DNA of 64,000 nucleotides from the NCBI GenBank assembly GCA_046050355.1, contig JBJOPW010000004.1, forward strand, positions 1 to 64,000. The letters are read 5' to 3'. Source of the stretch: Candidatus Parcubacteria bacterium. GTDB lineage: Bacteria > Patescibacteriota > Minisyncoccia > Phycocordibacterales > UBA918. A program made the translations under genes and the position numbers. Of the stretch, positions 47,028 to 57,795 are shown one piece after another (position 1 is the first letter of the stretch; every line of letters begins with the position of its first letter). Below the pieces are notes generated by a model, which saw only the letters and a program-made list of their open reading frames with translations, ran no database searches and had not been told where the DNA came from.

Positions 47028-48578
47028 GCCAATCGCTGGAAGGCCGAGTTCGCTCCGGATATGGCGGCGAGCAATTGAGGTCTTCGCGATATCGAGCCAC
47101 TTTTTGGAAGGCTTGGCTGATTCTTTGGTTTCGATTTCGACGATATCACCATTCTTCAATTCAGTTTCGAGTTGGACAAATTTGCGATTGACCCGTGCGC
47201 CCGAGATATGGTTCCCAATTTCGGAGTGGATGGCATATGCAAAATCAATGGGGGTAGCGCCAAGCGGGAGATCGACCACATCACCATTGGGGGTAAAGAC
47301 GAAGATGCGGTTCATAAAGAAGTCTTGTCGCATATCAGCCATAAACTGACTACTCATCTCGTCCTTGGTATACATGTCACCAATCTGGCTAATCCATTGC
47401 GGTATCTTTTGCTTGTGGTCAGGGATCTTGGCATCAACAACCTCTTCTGGCATGGCGCGTTTGGAAAATGGCCGAAAGAGACTCGGGATTAGGTTAGAAA
47501 AACGTCCGCTGGTAGTGGTGTTGTTGTTTTGCGGGAGGGCCTGCTCTTTGTACAGGAGGTGTGATGCGATACCGAATTCAGCCTCTTGGTGCATTTGGTG
47601 AGTACGGATTTGGATTTCCATAATTGTGCCATGGTTTGAAGTCACTGTAGTATGGATTGATTGGTAGCCGTTTGGCTTCGGGAAGGCGATGTAATCCTTC
47701 ATCCGACCTGGTAACGGCCGCCAGAGGTCATGGATGATACCTAGTGTTCGGTAGCAGTCTTCGACGGTGGGTACAACGATACGCATAGCCATGAGATCGT
47801 AGACGGCATTGATATCCCAGTCCTTGCGGATCAGTTTGTGGTAAAGACTGTAGAGACCTTTGACTCGATACGATGTATGAAAATCAAGTAATTTGGCTTC
47901 AGCGAGTCGCTTCTGGATTGACTTTCGTTCTCGTTCGAGCACTTCACTACTTTTACCAGCCCGCTGTTCGAGGAGGTGCTTTACGCGTTTGTGCTCTTCG
48001 GGGTAGACATAGAAAAAGGCGATATCTTCAAGCTCCTTACGGAGCTTACCCATACCAAGTCGGTGGGCAACGGGCACATAGATCTCAAGTGTTTCGCGCG
48101 CAATACGGAGCTGCTTCTCAGCCGGCACATGATTAAGCGTCTCCATATTATGGAGTCGATCATTCAGTTTGATGATGAGGACCCGGATATCTTGACTGGT
48201 TGCGACGAAGAGCTTTCGTAATGATTCATTGTGTCTATCTTTACCGTAGTAGCGCACTGAAGAAAGTTTGGTGACTCCCTCAACTAGGTAGAGAACTTCT
48301 TCCCCAAATGTCTCTTTTATTTCTTCTGCTGTGGCATCGGTATCTTCGATGGTGTCGTGGAGAAGGGCGGCCGCGACCGTTCGTGGCCCGAGACCCATAT
48401 CAGCAATTTTGTAGGCTACTTCAGCCAAATGCATCATGTATGGTTCTCCAGAATAACGGGTTTGACTAGCGTGCTTGGTGGCGGCAAACGCATAGGCCTG
48501 TTTGATAAGCTCCTCATTTTGTTGAGTGAGCTTTGGCATTTTACCAATGATGTCTGCAGCGGTGCGCATAAAACTCAT
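47022..48578 (-). CDS. RelA/SpoT family (p)ppGpp synthetase/hydrolase with TGS domain
   Basis: SGEPY..H, LLHD, DRLHN, GYQSIHT, EIQIRT and DFAYAIH motifs. Confidence 0.95.
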   Translation of the reverse strand: MSFMRTAADIIGKMPKLTQQNEELIKQAYAFAATKHASQTRYSGEPYMMHLAEVAYKIADMGLGPRTVAAALLHDTIEDTDATAEEIKETFGEEVLYLVEGVTKLSSVRYYGKDRHNESLRKLFVATSQDIRVLIIKLNDRLHNMETLNHVPAEKQLRIARETLEIYVPVAHRLGMGKLRKELEDIAFFYVYPEEHKRVKHLLEQRAGKSSEVLERERKSIQKRLAEAKLLDFHTSYRVKGLYSLYHKLIRKDWDINAVYDLMAMRIVVPTVEDCYRTLGIIHDLWRPLPGRMKDYIAFPKPNGYQSIHTTVTSNHGTIMEIQIRTHQMHQEAEFGIASHLLYKEQALPQNNNTTTSGRFSNLIPSLFRPFSKRAMPEEVVDAKIPDHKQKIPQWISQIGDMYTKDEMSSQFMADMRQDFFMNRIFVFTPNGDVVDLPLGATPIDFAYAIHSEIGNHISGARVNRKFVQLETELKNGDIVEIETKESAKPSKKWLDIAKTSIARRHIRSELGLPAIGK

Positions 48579-48806
48579 TGTAGGGTAAAAATAGAGAATA
48601 GGGAATAGAAGGATATTGAAAATAGAATAGAGAAGATTGAAGATGGAAGATTGAGAGTGGCTTCACTCAACAAAACTTGCTTCATTTACAATCCTGTGGT
48701 TAAATATTGTCCTGCCGTTTGGGACAACGGTGGGCCGAAATCCGCGGGCTCTTGCGGATAAAAACAACACCCGCGTGAAGCGCGGGAAGAGAAGAAAGAA
48801 GAAAAG

Positions 48807-49031
48807 ATGCGCGAAATCACTACCGACGAAGCCAACCGCAGCTCTGGTGGATTCCCTGTCTGGCTCGACGTCATTGGGCCCGACAACAAGCCCACTGGGG
48901 AAAAACTCCACCACTTAACCAAACAGCGGGCGGTCGTCGCTACCTACGGCCAGGTCCTGGAAGACACGACCAAGCGAGGGCGCGGACGTTCACATCCCGA
49001 CCAAAACATTGTGGTCGGACGGCGCGAGTAG
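48807..49031 (+). CDS. Small hypothetical protein
   Basis: 74-aa ORF after a purine-rich leader in the rel-topA gap; no recognisable motif. Confidence 0.35.
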   Translation: MREITTDEANRSSGGFPVWLDVIGPDNKPTGEKLHHLTKQRAVVATYGQVLEDTTKRGRGRSHPDQNIVVGRRE

Positions 49032-49199
49032 AAGCCCGAGCAGGCCGCGAAGGTGGGCGGTGATCGCCCTCCTTCGACTAGTTCTTTAATGAGTGCAAGC
49101 AGTACAACATAATCGCGCATTTCGCGCGATCATCTAAGGCGCCTACTTTGGCGCCTTTGTTCTGTATTGATGAATCTAACTTCGAGGCAAGACCTCGTA

Positions 49200-51605
49200 C
49201 TATTGCTTAAGCAGTTCGACAGCGACTTCAAGGGTGATGTCTTCAGTCTTCATGTTATCGGGGATACTGATCCGTTTGAAACCCTTGCGGAAGTAGCGAC
49301 CAGACTTTGATTCGTAGAGGTTGATGAGCTTGCGGGTACGGGGATGGATACCAATTTGTTTGAGGAGCGTCTCTCCTTTACGACCTTGCTTTGGTTCTTT
49401 CAATATTTCAAGTGCGCGTTTGAAGGTGATGGTGTACGGGTCGTCATTGCCCTTCAGTGAACGAAAATCGCCGGCATGTGCAATATACGGACCATACTGA
49501 CCAGTATTTGCCATGACTGGCTCGCCAGTATCGGGATGTTGGCCGAGTTCGCGTGGCAGTATGAGATACTTTGTCGCCATCAGGAGGGTGACATCTTCCA
49601 TCTTCACACCAGTCGGTAAGCTTGCACGTTTTGGCGCAACCGCTTTTTTGCCCTTTACTTTTTCTGGGGTAGCACCGAGCTGGACATAGGGACCGTATTT
49701 GCCATTAAGCACATAGATGTCTTCACCGGTCTCGGGGTGTTTGCCAATTGGAGCCTCTGCCTTTAGCTCACTCCCGTCAATGAGGCGAGAGCCTTCACAA
49801 TCTGGGTACTGTTCACAAGAGAGGAAGGTGCCCGAGCGACCGAGCTTTATGACCATCCCAGCACCACAGGTTGGGCAGGGGAATTGCTTTGGGCCGGCGC
49901 CGAGGTTCGTGAGCTTCGGAATATCTTCTTTGGCGGCCACATCTTTACTAAATGGGGTGTAGAAATCCTTGAGGGTCTTTTCATACGTACGCTTGCCTTC
50001 GGCGATTTCGTCGAGCTCGTCTTCCATATCACTCGTGAAGGTGTCACTTATGTATTCGCCAAAGTATTGCTCGAGGAACGTAGATACGACATCACCGGTA
50101 TCAGTTGGGATGAGGGTGCGACCGTCTTTAGTGACGTAACCACGCTCGGTGATAGTGTTCATGATACTCGCGTATGTTGATGGACGACCGATACCACGCT
50201 TTTCTAGTTCTTTGATAAGACCAGCTTCGGTATAACGGTTTGGCGGTTGGGTTTGTTTGGCTTCGACCATAATGTCTGTCACGGTAAGTGCCGTACCAAT
50301 GGCGAGTTTTGGCACTTCGACATCCTCACCCCGCGAGGCGGTGTCTACTTTGAGCCACCCGTCAAAGGTGATACGGGCACCAGTGACCGCGAAGTCTGGA
50401 ATAGTTTCTTTACCGGCAATATTCGCTACCACTTTGGTGCGAGCAAATAGGGCTTCACTCATTTGTGAACTTACGGTACGACGCCAAATGAGTTCATAAA
50501 GCGCCTTTTGGTCTTGGGTGAGACCAGCGCTTTTAACCGCGATGTTTGTCGGGCGAATTGCTTCGTGCGCTTCTTGGGCTGACTTACTCTTTGTCTTGTA
50601 CTGTCGGGGAGCGAGGTAGTCTTTACCGTACTCGGCGCTGATGTGCGCGATGATTTGCTTTTGCGCGACTTGGCTGATGGTTGTACTGTCGGTACGCATG
50701 TACGTGATATGTCCCGCTTCATAGAGCTTCTGCGCCGCTCCCATCGTCCGTGATGGCGAAAAGCCCAGGCGAGTAGACGCCGCCTGTTGAATAGTTGAGG
50801 TCGTAAACGGCGCCCGTGGTGCACGACGAGCCTCGGTCTCTTTGAGATCGGTTACCGTCCAGGTACCTTTCTCGCCAACTTTTTTGATACGGTCCGCTTC
50901 AGCGCTTTCGGTTGGTTCGATACTACAGGTGAGCGGCAGCGTCATCTTACCTGCTTTGGCTTCGGTGGTGAGGACAAAAAAATCGTCTGGCACAAAGGCG
51001 CGGATCTCACGCTCACGCTCCATGATAATACGGAGGGCTGGCGACTGTACGCGACCAGCTGAGAGACCGTACCGTACCTTTTTCCAGATAAGACCAGAGA
51101 GGTCGTAGCCGACGAGACGATCAAGGACGCGACGGGCTTCCTGGGCTTCCTTGAGATTTTCGTCGATGGCACGTGGATGGGTGATCGCTTCCTTCACCGC
51201 CCCTTCAGTGATTTCGTGAAAGACGACTCGCTTGAGGTTTTTGTTTGCGCCTTTAATCAGTTCAGCCACATGCCAGGCAATGGCTTCTCCTTCACGGTCT
51301 GGGTCGGAGGCAAGGAGGACAAGGTCAGCAGCTTTCGCCGCTTTTTGGAGACCAGCAATCACTTTTTCTTTACCGGGCGAAATGATGTAGCGGGGGACAA
51401 AACCGGCTTCAATATCAACCGCATCCTTATTTGTTTTGGGTAAATCACGAACATGCCCAATCGAGGACATAACGGTGTAGCCTTTCCCGAGATATTTTTC
51501 AATGGTTTTGGCTTTGGCTGGTGACTCAACGATAACAAGGGTACTCATCCCGTTAGCGGCTTTTGGGGTTGTTGATGTCTTAGTTTTAGTCCCGGTTGTC
51601 GTCAT
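49200..51605 (-). CDS. topA: DNA topoisomerase I
   Basis: IVESPAKAK, DPDREGE, SAGRVQ, ITYMRTD and GIGRPSTY motifs. Confidence 0.97.
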   Translation of the reverse strand: MTTTGTKTKTSTTPKAANGMSTLVIVESPAKAKTIEKYLGKGYTVMSSIGHVRDLPKTNKDAVDIEAGFVPRYIISPGKEKVIAGLQKAAKAADLVLLASDPDREGEAIAWHVAELIKGANKNLKRVVFHEITEGAVKEAITHPRAIDENLKEAQEARRVLDRLVGYDLSGLIWKKVRYGLSAGRVQSPALRIIMEREREIRAFVPDDFFVLTTEAKAGKMTLPLTCSIEPTESAEADRIKKVGEKGTWTVTDLKETEARRAPRAPFTTSTIQQAASTRLGFSPSRTMGAAQKLYEAGHITYMRTDSTTISQVAQKQIIAHISAEYGKDYLAPRQYKTKSKSAQEAHEAIRPTNIAVKSAGLTQDQKALYELIWRRTVSSQMSEALFARTKVVANIAGKETIPDFAVTGARITFDGWLKVDTASRGEDVEVPKLAIGTALTVTDIMVEAKQTQPPNRYTEAGLIKELEKRGIGRPSTYASIMNTITERGYVTKDGRTLIPTDTGDVVSTFLEQYFGEYISDTFTSDMEDELDEIAEGKRTYEKTLKDFYTPFSKDVAAKEDIPKLTNLGAGPKQFPCPTCGAGMVIKLGRSGTFLSCEQYPDCEGSRLIDGSELKAEAPIGKHPETGEDIYVLNGKYGPYVQLGATPEKVKGKKAVAPKRASLPTGVKMEDVTLLMATKYLILPRELGQHPDTGEPVMANTGQYGPYIAHAGDFRSLKGNDDPYTITFKRALEILKEPKQGRKGETLLKQIGIHPRTRKLINLYESKSGRYFRKGFKRISIPDNMKTEDITLEVAVELLKQ

Positions 51606-51866
51606 AATGTTTTTAATATACTTAAATCAATAGCTAAGCCTCTAACGGGGCTCATATATATGTGTGCCGTAACAAATACTAGGTTTCTACAGTTCTGTCA
51701 AATCTGTAGAACATTGCCAAAATGTCCGGATACGGCGTCACTGCTCGCTCGTCAATACTCACCGTATCATCAATACGGCTCGCATTTCCTTACTCGCGCT
51801 TCTTGTCTGCGAACATTTTTACAGCGTTCTAACGCGGATAAATTGACGTGGGGATAGTAGATAAGA

Positions 51867-52742
51867 TCAGAGATGAGTAAGTGGGGTATAGATACCCCCT
51901 TCGGCGTCAATATGACCTTCAAGTTCCACCTGCATGAGGACAATATTGGCGGCAGCCGTCGGGAGGTCAAGACGGGTGATAAGGGTGTCTCTGTCTGTTG
52001 GTTCCCTGAGGTGAGTAAGGACAAGTATAGCTTCGGGTGAGAGATCACTCTCGGCCGCAACTTTCGATTCCGTACTGGTTGGTTCGATATTGAGCGCATC
52101 GAGAATATCCGCCGCCGAGGTCACCGGTGTCGCGCCGAGTCTAAGGAATTGGTGACACCCCCGTGAGGTGGGTGAGAAGATACTACCAGGTACCACGAGG
52201 AGTTCGCGATTGTAGTCTACGGCCATGCGAGCGGTGATGAGGGTACCAGACTTTTCACCTGCTTCAATGAGGAGGGTGGCTCTACATATACCAGCCATGA
52301 TGCGGTTCCGTTGCGGGAAGGTCCACTGTGCCGCCTGAGTATCAGGGGCAAGCTCAGAGAGAAGTCCGCCACCAGCATCGATAATCCGCCGGGCCAAGCG
52401 ACGATTGGTCGCTGGGTAGATAACTCGTTCGCCAAGGCCACTGCCAGGGACCGCCAGGGTATAGAGTCCGGCCTTGAGAGCTGCCTCATGGGCAAGCGCA
52501 TCAATGCCAAGTGCGAGGCCAGAAACGATACCAATAGGGTAGCCAGCGAGACCGCCAATCAATTGCTCCACTGCCTGTTTGCCGTAGGTAGTGTATTGAC
52601 GAGAGCCAACAACAGCGAGAAGAGCAAGATCGGATGGTGGGAGATTGCCTTCGGCCCAGAGGGTCTTCGGTGGTTGGGGGATTTCCGCCAAAAGAGCCGG
52701 GAACTCGTCCCGTAGTAACTGCCGTAATGGCAAGGTACTCAT
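51867..52742 (-). CDS. dprA: DNA-processing protein DprA
   Basis: AVVGSR, SGLALGID, FPQRNRI and KSGTLITA motifs; upstream of topA. Confidence 0.95.
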   Translation of the reverse strand: MSTLPLRQLLRDEFPALLAEIPQPPKTLWAEGNLPPSDLALLAVVGSRQYTTYGKQAVEQLIGGLAGYPIGIVSGLALGIDALAHEAALKAGLYTLAVPGSGLGERVIYPATNRRLARRIIDAGGGLLSELAPDTQAAQWTFPQRNRIMAGICRATLLIEAGEKSGTLITARMAVDYNRELLVVPGSIFSPTSRGCHQFLRLGATPVTSAADILDALNIEPTSTESKVAAESDLSPEAILVLTHLREPTDRDTLITRLDLPTAAANIVLMQVELEGHIDAEGGIYTPLTHL

Positions 52743-52849
52743 AGAAAAATTGTAGCATAGAGCGTAGCTATTTTGACAGCATTTAAAAAATGTGGCAATA
52801 TAAAGAAAGATGCAACAAGCGCTTACGCGCAAAACACGGAGGCAGTTCT

Positions 52850-53187
52850 ATGCAGCGTATGCTTTCGGCCGTGATGGCCTTTTTTTTGCTGGTTCCCATG
52901 CCGGCCCAGGCTGAAAAGTCGGTTTGGCAAGGTCCGCACCTGAGCTATGGTGTGCCGATACAAACCGGCAGTCATGACTTCACCCTCAGTCACAAGGACT
53001 GGGGTGAGTATGTGGTCTGGACCCTGCCACTTTCTGGGCAAGGCGCGGTCGGCGAGCTTGGATACCGCTGGCAGCTTGGAAATTCGGCCCTGACGACTGC
53101 GCTTACCGCGAGGTGTATCGGGGCGTGGTCGGGGAGCTTGCCACGGGAGAAGTGTACGTCAACCTCTCAATCGGCTATCAGTTCTGA
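52850..53187 (+). pseudogene. Outer-membrane beta-barrel-like gene, frameshifted or internally deleted
   Basis: Signal peptide, WQG and LGYRWQLG; an alternate frame ends VYVNLSIGYQF-stop. Confidence 0.5.
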
Positions 53188-53296
53188 CGTTTGTCCGTAC
53201 CGCTTGGAGGGCCCTTAAGTATCTTTGGGGCCCTTTTCTTTATCTATTGTGAAAGTCGTGTATAATTTTTTCACATTATTTAGTTAAGAACGCACC

Positions 53297-54559
53297 ATGC
53301 TCGATATCAAATTCATACGTGAGAACCTTGACCTCGTCAAAGCCGCTGCTATCAAAAAGAAAATCAAAGTCGACCTCGACCGACTGGTCGTTCTTGATGA
53401 TAGTCGTCGGTCTTTGATGACGAGTATCGAGGGTAAAAAAGCCGAGCAAAACCGTGTGTCTGACGAAATCGCCAAGGCCAGCGATACGAGCGTGCGTGAA
53501 CCTCTCATTGCCTCAATGCAGACGGTGAAGGCCGCTATCCAGGCTGAGGAAGAAGCGTTGAAGCCGGTCCTTGATGAGTGGAAGGCCTTGATGCTCCAGG
53601 TGCCAAATATTCCCGATATGACCGTCCCTGATGGAGAGAGTGATGCCGATAATGTTGAGGTGCGGACCTGGGGCGAACAGACCAAATTCCCATTTGCGGC
53701 AAAAGACCATATCGAACTCATGCTCGCGCACAAGATGGTTGATTTTGAGCGGGGGGCGAAAGTCCACGGCTTCCGTGGGTACTACATGCTTGGCGATGGA
53801 GCGCGACTGATGTGGGCGATTTGGAACTATGCGAATGATTTCTTTGGTGCTCGTGATTTCGTGCAGATGTTGCCACCAACCATTGTCCGCAAGCAAAACC
53901 TCTATGGTACCGGACATCTCCCGAACGACGCCGACGACGTCTTCCGGACCCAAGATGATGACTACCTGATTGGTACGAGTGAAGTATCGGGCATGGGCTT
54001 TTATAGTGACGAAGTACTTGATAAGAGTGAACTACCGGTCAAGTTCCTCGCTTTCTCACCGTGTTATCGTCGCGAGGCGGGGAGTCACAGTAAAGACGTG
54101 AAAGGACTCATTCGTGTGCATGAATTTTATAAAGTAGAGCAGATTGTCCTCTGTGAAGCCTCACACGAAGAAAGTGTGAAATGGCACGAAGAAATCACGA
54201 AGAACACCGAAGACTTTATGCAATCTCTTGGTATCCCGTACCATGTTGTACTCAACTGTGGGGCTGATATCGGCCAGGGGCAGGTGAAGAAGTATGATAT
54301 CGAAGCGTGGGTACCAAAAGAAGGCAAGTACCGCGAGACGCACTCGGCTTCGTACTTCCACGACTTCCAGACCCGTCGCTTTAATATCCGCTACAAGGAT
54401 ACTGACGGGATTGTGCGCTACGCTCACTCACTCAATAACACCGCGGTGGCAGCACCTCGTATTCTGGTCTCACTCGTCGAGAACCTGCAGCAAGCAGACG
54501 GATCAATCAAGATTCCTGATGTGCTGATACCGTACTTCGGCAAGTCCAAAATCGGGTAG
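53297..54559 (+). CDS. serS: Seryl-tRNA synthetase
   Basis: MLDIKFIREN, CYRREAG, RVHEFYKVE and HSLNNTA motifs. Confidence 0.97.
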   Translation: MLDIKFIRENLDLVKAAAIKKKIKVDLDRLVVLDDSRRSLMTSIEGKKAEQNRVSDEIAKASDTSVREPLIASMQTVKAAIQAEEEALKPVLDEWKALMLQVPNIPDMTVPDGESDADNVEVRTWGEQTKFPFAAKDHIELMLAHKMVDFERGAKVHGFRGYYMLGDGARLMWAIWNYANDFFGARDFVQMLPPTIVRKQNLYGTGHLPNDADDVFRTQDDDYLIGTSEVSGMGFYSDEVLDKSELPVKFLAFSPCYRREAGSHSKDVKGLIRVHEFYKVEQIVLCEASHEESVKWHEEITKNTEDFMQSLGIPYHVVLNCGADIGQGQVKKYDIEAWVPKEGKYRETHSASYFHDFQTRRFNIRYKDTDGIVRYAHSLNNTAVAAPRILVSLVENLQQADGSIKIPDVLIPYFGKSKIG

Positions 54560-54575
54560 AGCTTCTATCAGGTAT

Positions 54576-54656
54576 ATCTCGGGGTTGGACCCCTAGTTAG
54601 GGGTCCAACCCCGAGATGCATTGGCAGAAATAAATGTAAGGGGTCAGACCCCTTAC
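54576..54656. repeat. REP-like palindromic cluster
   Basis: ATCTCGGGGTTGGACCCCTA-GT-TAGGGGTCCAACCCCGAGAT plus GTAAGGGGTCAGACCCCTTAC. Confidence 0.6.
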
Positions 54657-54731
54657 TTATAGCTACAAACCGCCTTCAGGAGTATTGCTTCCGGGGCGGT
54701 TTGCCCGTTTTTGATATGCTACACTACCACC

Positions 54732-55688
54732 ATGTTTAAGCAGAAGTCTCCGGTTAAAAAGAAGTTTGCCCAACCACTAAAAGCGAAGAAACCCCGTCGA
54801 CAATGGGATCCGCGTACCCGTGCGATTTTGCGGCAGATTATCATCGGTCTTGGTATCTTGACCATGATTGGACTTCTGGTCACCGCGGTGTGGTACGGTA
54901 CACGGGTACAGTTTTTGACCATCACCACAGTCACGGTCGGGGGTGGAGAAACTATCAATCACGAGACAGTCAAAAAAGCTGTAGAGGAAGTGCTCCTCGG
55001 CGACTATGTCGGTCTCGTGCCACGACGCTTTGCGTGGACGTATCCTCACGAGGAGATACTGAAGCGCGTGGTAGAGATTCCACGACTCAAAGATCCGATA
55101 CTCAAACGCGTGAGTGGTACCGAACTCCACCTCAATTTCAGTGAATATATTCCCCACGCACTCTGGTGCAAAGGACGAGGGAGTGATGATTGTTACTTTA
55201 TTGATAGTACTGGCTACGCTTTCACCAAAGCCCCCAAGCTCGACGGTGGAACGTTGCCCCGTTTTCATACGATTGGTACAGATGCTACAGAGCGCACAAT
55301 GATGATTCCGACCGAAGATCTCCGTGCTATCGAGGTGATGCGCGAAGCCTTGCGTGAAGAACTCGATTTTCCGATTGCTTTTGTAGAAACAGATATGGTG
55401 CGTGACGTATTTTTAGGTCTGGCGGGCGGTGGTGAGATTAAGGCGACTTTGCGCATGACTCCAGAGGAGACTGTCTCAAATCTCAAGAGTATCCTCGCTT
55501 CGAAAGAATTTTCTGATATCAAATCGGGTAGTTTTCAATACATTGACCTTCGTTTCGGGAACAAAGTATTTATTAACGAAGAAGCACCAGGAAGTAGAGC
55601 GACCACTACCGCCACGAGTAGTGACTCCGTCAGTGAAATGACAGAGCCGGCAAATGAGGGAAGTGCCGATACCACTGATGATGCCTAA
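54732..55688 (+). CDS. FtsQ/DivIB-like cell division protein
   Basis: Single TM, POTRA-like segment, YIDLRFGNKV motif. Confidence 0.75.
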   Translation: MFKQKSPVKKKFAQPLKAKKPRRQWDPRTRAILRQIIIGLGILTMIGLLVTAVWYGTRVQFLTITTVTVGGGETINHETVKKAVEEVLLGDYVGLVPRRFAWTYPHEEILKRVVEIPRLKDPILKRVSGTELHLNFSEYIPHALWCKGRGSDDCYFIDSTGYAFTKAPKLDGGTLPRFHTIGTDATERTMMIPTEDLRAIEVMREALREELDFPIAFVETDMVRDVFLGLAGGGEIKATLRMTPEETVSNLKSILASKEFSDIKSGSFQYIDLRFGNKVFINEEAPGSRATTTATSSDSVSEMTEPANEGSADTTDDA

Positions 55689-55728
55689 AATGGAACACCC
55701 GCCTGTCGGAGGATGTTCCGAGGCGGGT

Positions 55729-55992
55729 TTAGATTGGCCGGACATACAGAGTCAGATATATTGCCCGACAGACAGCGAGTGCTCGTTCCTGGCTGATGAC
55801 GCCAATTAGTCCGCTAACTGCAATGATACCGATTGCAAAAGTAGCCAATGAATAGAATTCCCCCAACCAGAGCAAAGCTTCGGCATTGATGAGGAGGAAG
55901 ATAATAATAAAGGGCGATTTAATGGCCCAACCTAAGAATAATGTCAGTACAACTGTCTCAAAGAGACGCGTCGATTCAGTTGTTTGTTGCAT
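55729..55992 (-). CDS. Small membrane protein
   Basis: Hydrophobic 87-aa ORF with AGGTGG RBS. Confidence 0.45.
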   Translation of the reverse strand: MQQTTESTRLFETVVLTLFLGWAIKSPFIIIFLLINAEALLWLGEFYSLATFAIGIIAVSGLIGVISQERALAVCRAIYLTLYVRPI

Positions 55993-56037
55993 GTTCCACC
56001 TTGAGCTTTTTATACTATCGTGTACAGTACAACAATT

Positions 56038-57129
56038 ATGAATTTCTGGCAACGGTTCCCAACGCCATTTCTTGCTATCGCCCCGATGGCGGATGTGACC
56101 GATGCTGCCTTTCGCCAGATGATAGCGAAGTACTCACGCCATGCCCGCGCGGATGGTACAGAAGGTGGTGCCGATATCACCTGGACTGAGTTTGTGGCGG
56201 CCGATGGCCTCGTCCGTGCTACCCCGGAGGGTAAGGTAAAACTGATGGCTGACCTCATTTACAGTGAGGAAGAACGACCGATTATCGCGCAGTTATTTAC
56301 CCGGCACCCTGAGCACATGGAGTATGCCGCTCGTCTCTGTCTTCAACTTGGGTTTGACGGGATTGATATCAATATGGGCTGTCCGGCAGGGGCAATCATT
56401 GACCAGGGCTGTGGCGCTGCGATGATTAAAACCCCAGATATCGCTCGCGCCGTTATCCAGGCAGCGAAGCGGGGAGCAAAGAGCGACGAGGGCGGTATCC
56501 CCGTCTCGGTGAAGACCCGTCTCGGGTACAATACCGATCAAGTCGAAGACTGGATACCAGTAATCCTTAGTGAAAAGCCTGCGGCACTCACGGTCCATGC
56601 TCGTACCCGCAAAGAGATGAGTAAGGTCCCTGCCCGGTGGGAACGTCTCAAGCGTGTGGTCGAACTCCGCAATGAACTGTCGCCTGAGACCAAAATCATC
56701 GGTAATGGTGATGTTCTCTCCGCTGCAGATGGTCGTGCGAAAGCCATCGAATACGGCCTTGATGGCGCGATGGTGGGGCGAGCGCTCTTTGGCAATCCGT
56801 GGTTCTTCCATCCCACTCGTCGCCTCCCGACTCGTCTCACGGCCTTGCCAACGCATGGGGTCAATCGCGATACCATAATGACCACGGATACCAGTGCGGC
56901 GGATATCGAATACATCAGTATCGAAGAGCGCCTCCGCGTGCTCGTTGAGCACACAAAGCTCTTTGTCGAGCTCTTACCGTTCAAGAACTTCGCCGTCATG
57001 AAAAAACACTACAAAGCCTATGTCGGCGGCTGGCATGGTGCCGCTGAACTCCGTCACCTCCTCATGGAGCAGGACACACCCGAGGCGGTTGCCCGGGTGG
57101 TAGATGAGTACCTTGCGTCCCAGAAATAG
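56038..57129 (+). CDS. dus: tRNA-dihydrouridine synthase
   Basis: APMADVTD, DINMGCP, SVKTRLG, GNGDV and MVGR motifs. Confidence 0.95.
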   Translation: MNFWQRFPTPFLAIAPMADVTDAAFRQMIAKYSRHARADGTEGGADITWTEFVAADGLVRATPEGKVKLMADLIYSEEERPIIAQLFTRHPEHMEYAARLCLQLGFDGIDINMGCPAGAIIDQGCGAAMIKTPDIARAVIQAAKRGAKSDEGGIPVSVKTRLGYNTDQVEDWIPVILSEKPAALTVHARTRKEMSKVPARWERLKRVVELRNELSPETKIIGNGDVLSAADGRAKAIEYGLDGAMVGRALFGNPWFFHPTRRLPTRLTALPTHGVNRDTIMTTDTSAADIEYISIEERLRVLVEHTKLFVELLPFKNFAVMKKHYKAYVGGWHGAAELRHLLMEQDTPEAVARVVDEYLASQK

Positions 57130-57177
57130 AGGCGTATAGTATTTTGTAGTCAAAAACACCAACAGTGGGGGTAGTAC

Positions 57178-57738
57178 ATGAGCAGGTTCTTTCCGCCGTC
57201 AGAATACGTGCAGGAGATGGTGGGTGTCTTTAACTTGACGCTGACATCCAAACAGTTGGACGATTACTGCGCCGCTGTGATGATGATTCAGAGTGCAGAC
57301 AAAAATTCAGTCGATCTCGTTTGCCTTCATAAGACACTATGTGCTCGCGAATCAACAGCCGGTCAATACCGTACAGGTACGTTGTTCTCGTTACGTGGTA
57401 GCATGATGGTCAAGCGTCCGTACCCGCGTGCAACCGCAGTCAGTCAGCTTCTCTTCAGTTTCCGCCAGGCATACAAACGAGCCTTGCGTGGAGAAATTCC
57501 TGAAGAAGTTGTGAATATCGAGGCGTTGGCGTGGCAAGTCGCAGCCACGGGACGGTGTATCCATCCGTTTTCTGTCGGGAACACCCGACTTTTCACCTTG
57601 ATCGAAAACCATATCAGGCAAGCACATGGTCTGCCGTGGCGAATCGATTTCTGTGAGAAAGAAAAATTCGATGCCTTCCGTCGACTCTACATCATTCGTC
57701 ATAAGGAGTTCTATGGAGAAATCGCGGGCGCCCCCTAG
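57178..57738 (+). CDS. Fic-domain protein with non-canonical motif
   Basis: GQYR and IHPFSVGNTRL motifs. Confidence 0.7.
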   Translation: MSRFFPPSEYVQEMVGVFNLTLTSKQLDDYCAAVMMIQSADKNSVDLVCLHKTLCARESTAGQYRTGTLFSLRGSMMVKRPYPRATAVSQLLFSFRQAYKRALRGEIPEEVVNIEALAWQVAATGRCIHPFSVGNTRLFTLIENHIRQAHGLPWRIDFCEKEKFDAFRRLYIIRHKEFYGEIAGAP

Positions 57739-57795
57739 GCGCCCGTTTCTGTGTATTGCGAGCGGGGCGACTGAGCTACGTCCTGTACAATAGAT

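Noticed and set aside
48588-48660. Purine-rich AATAG/GAAGAT-type quasi-repeats
   Set aside because: Irregular low-complexity tract without a consistent unit or linked gene
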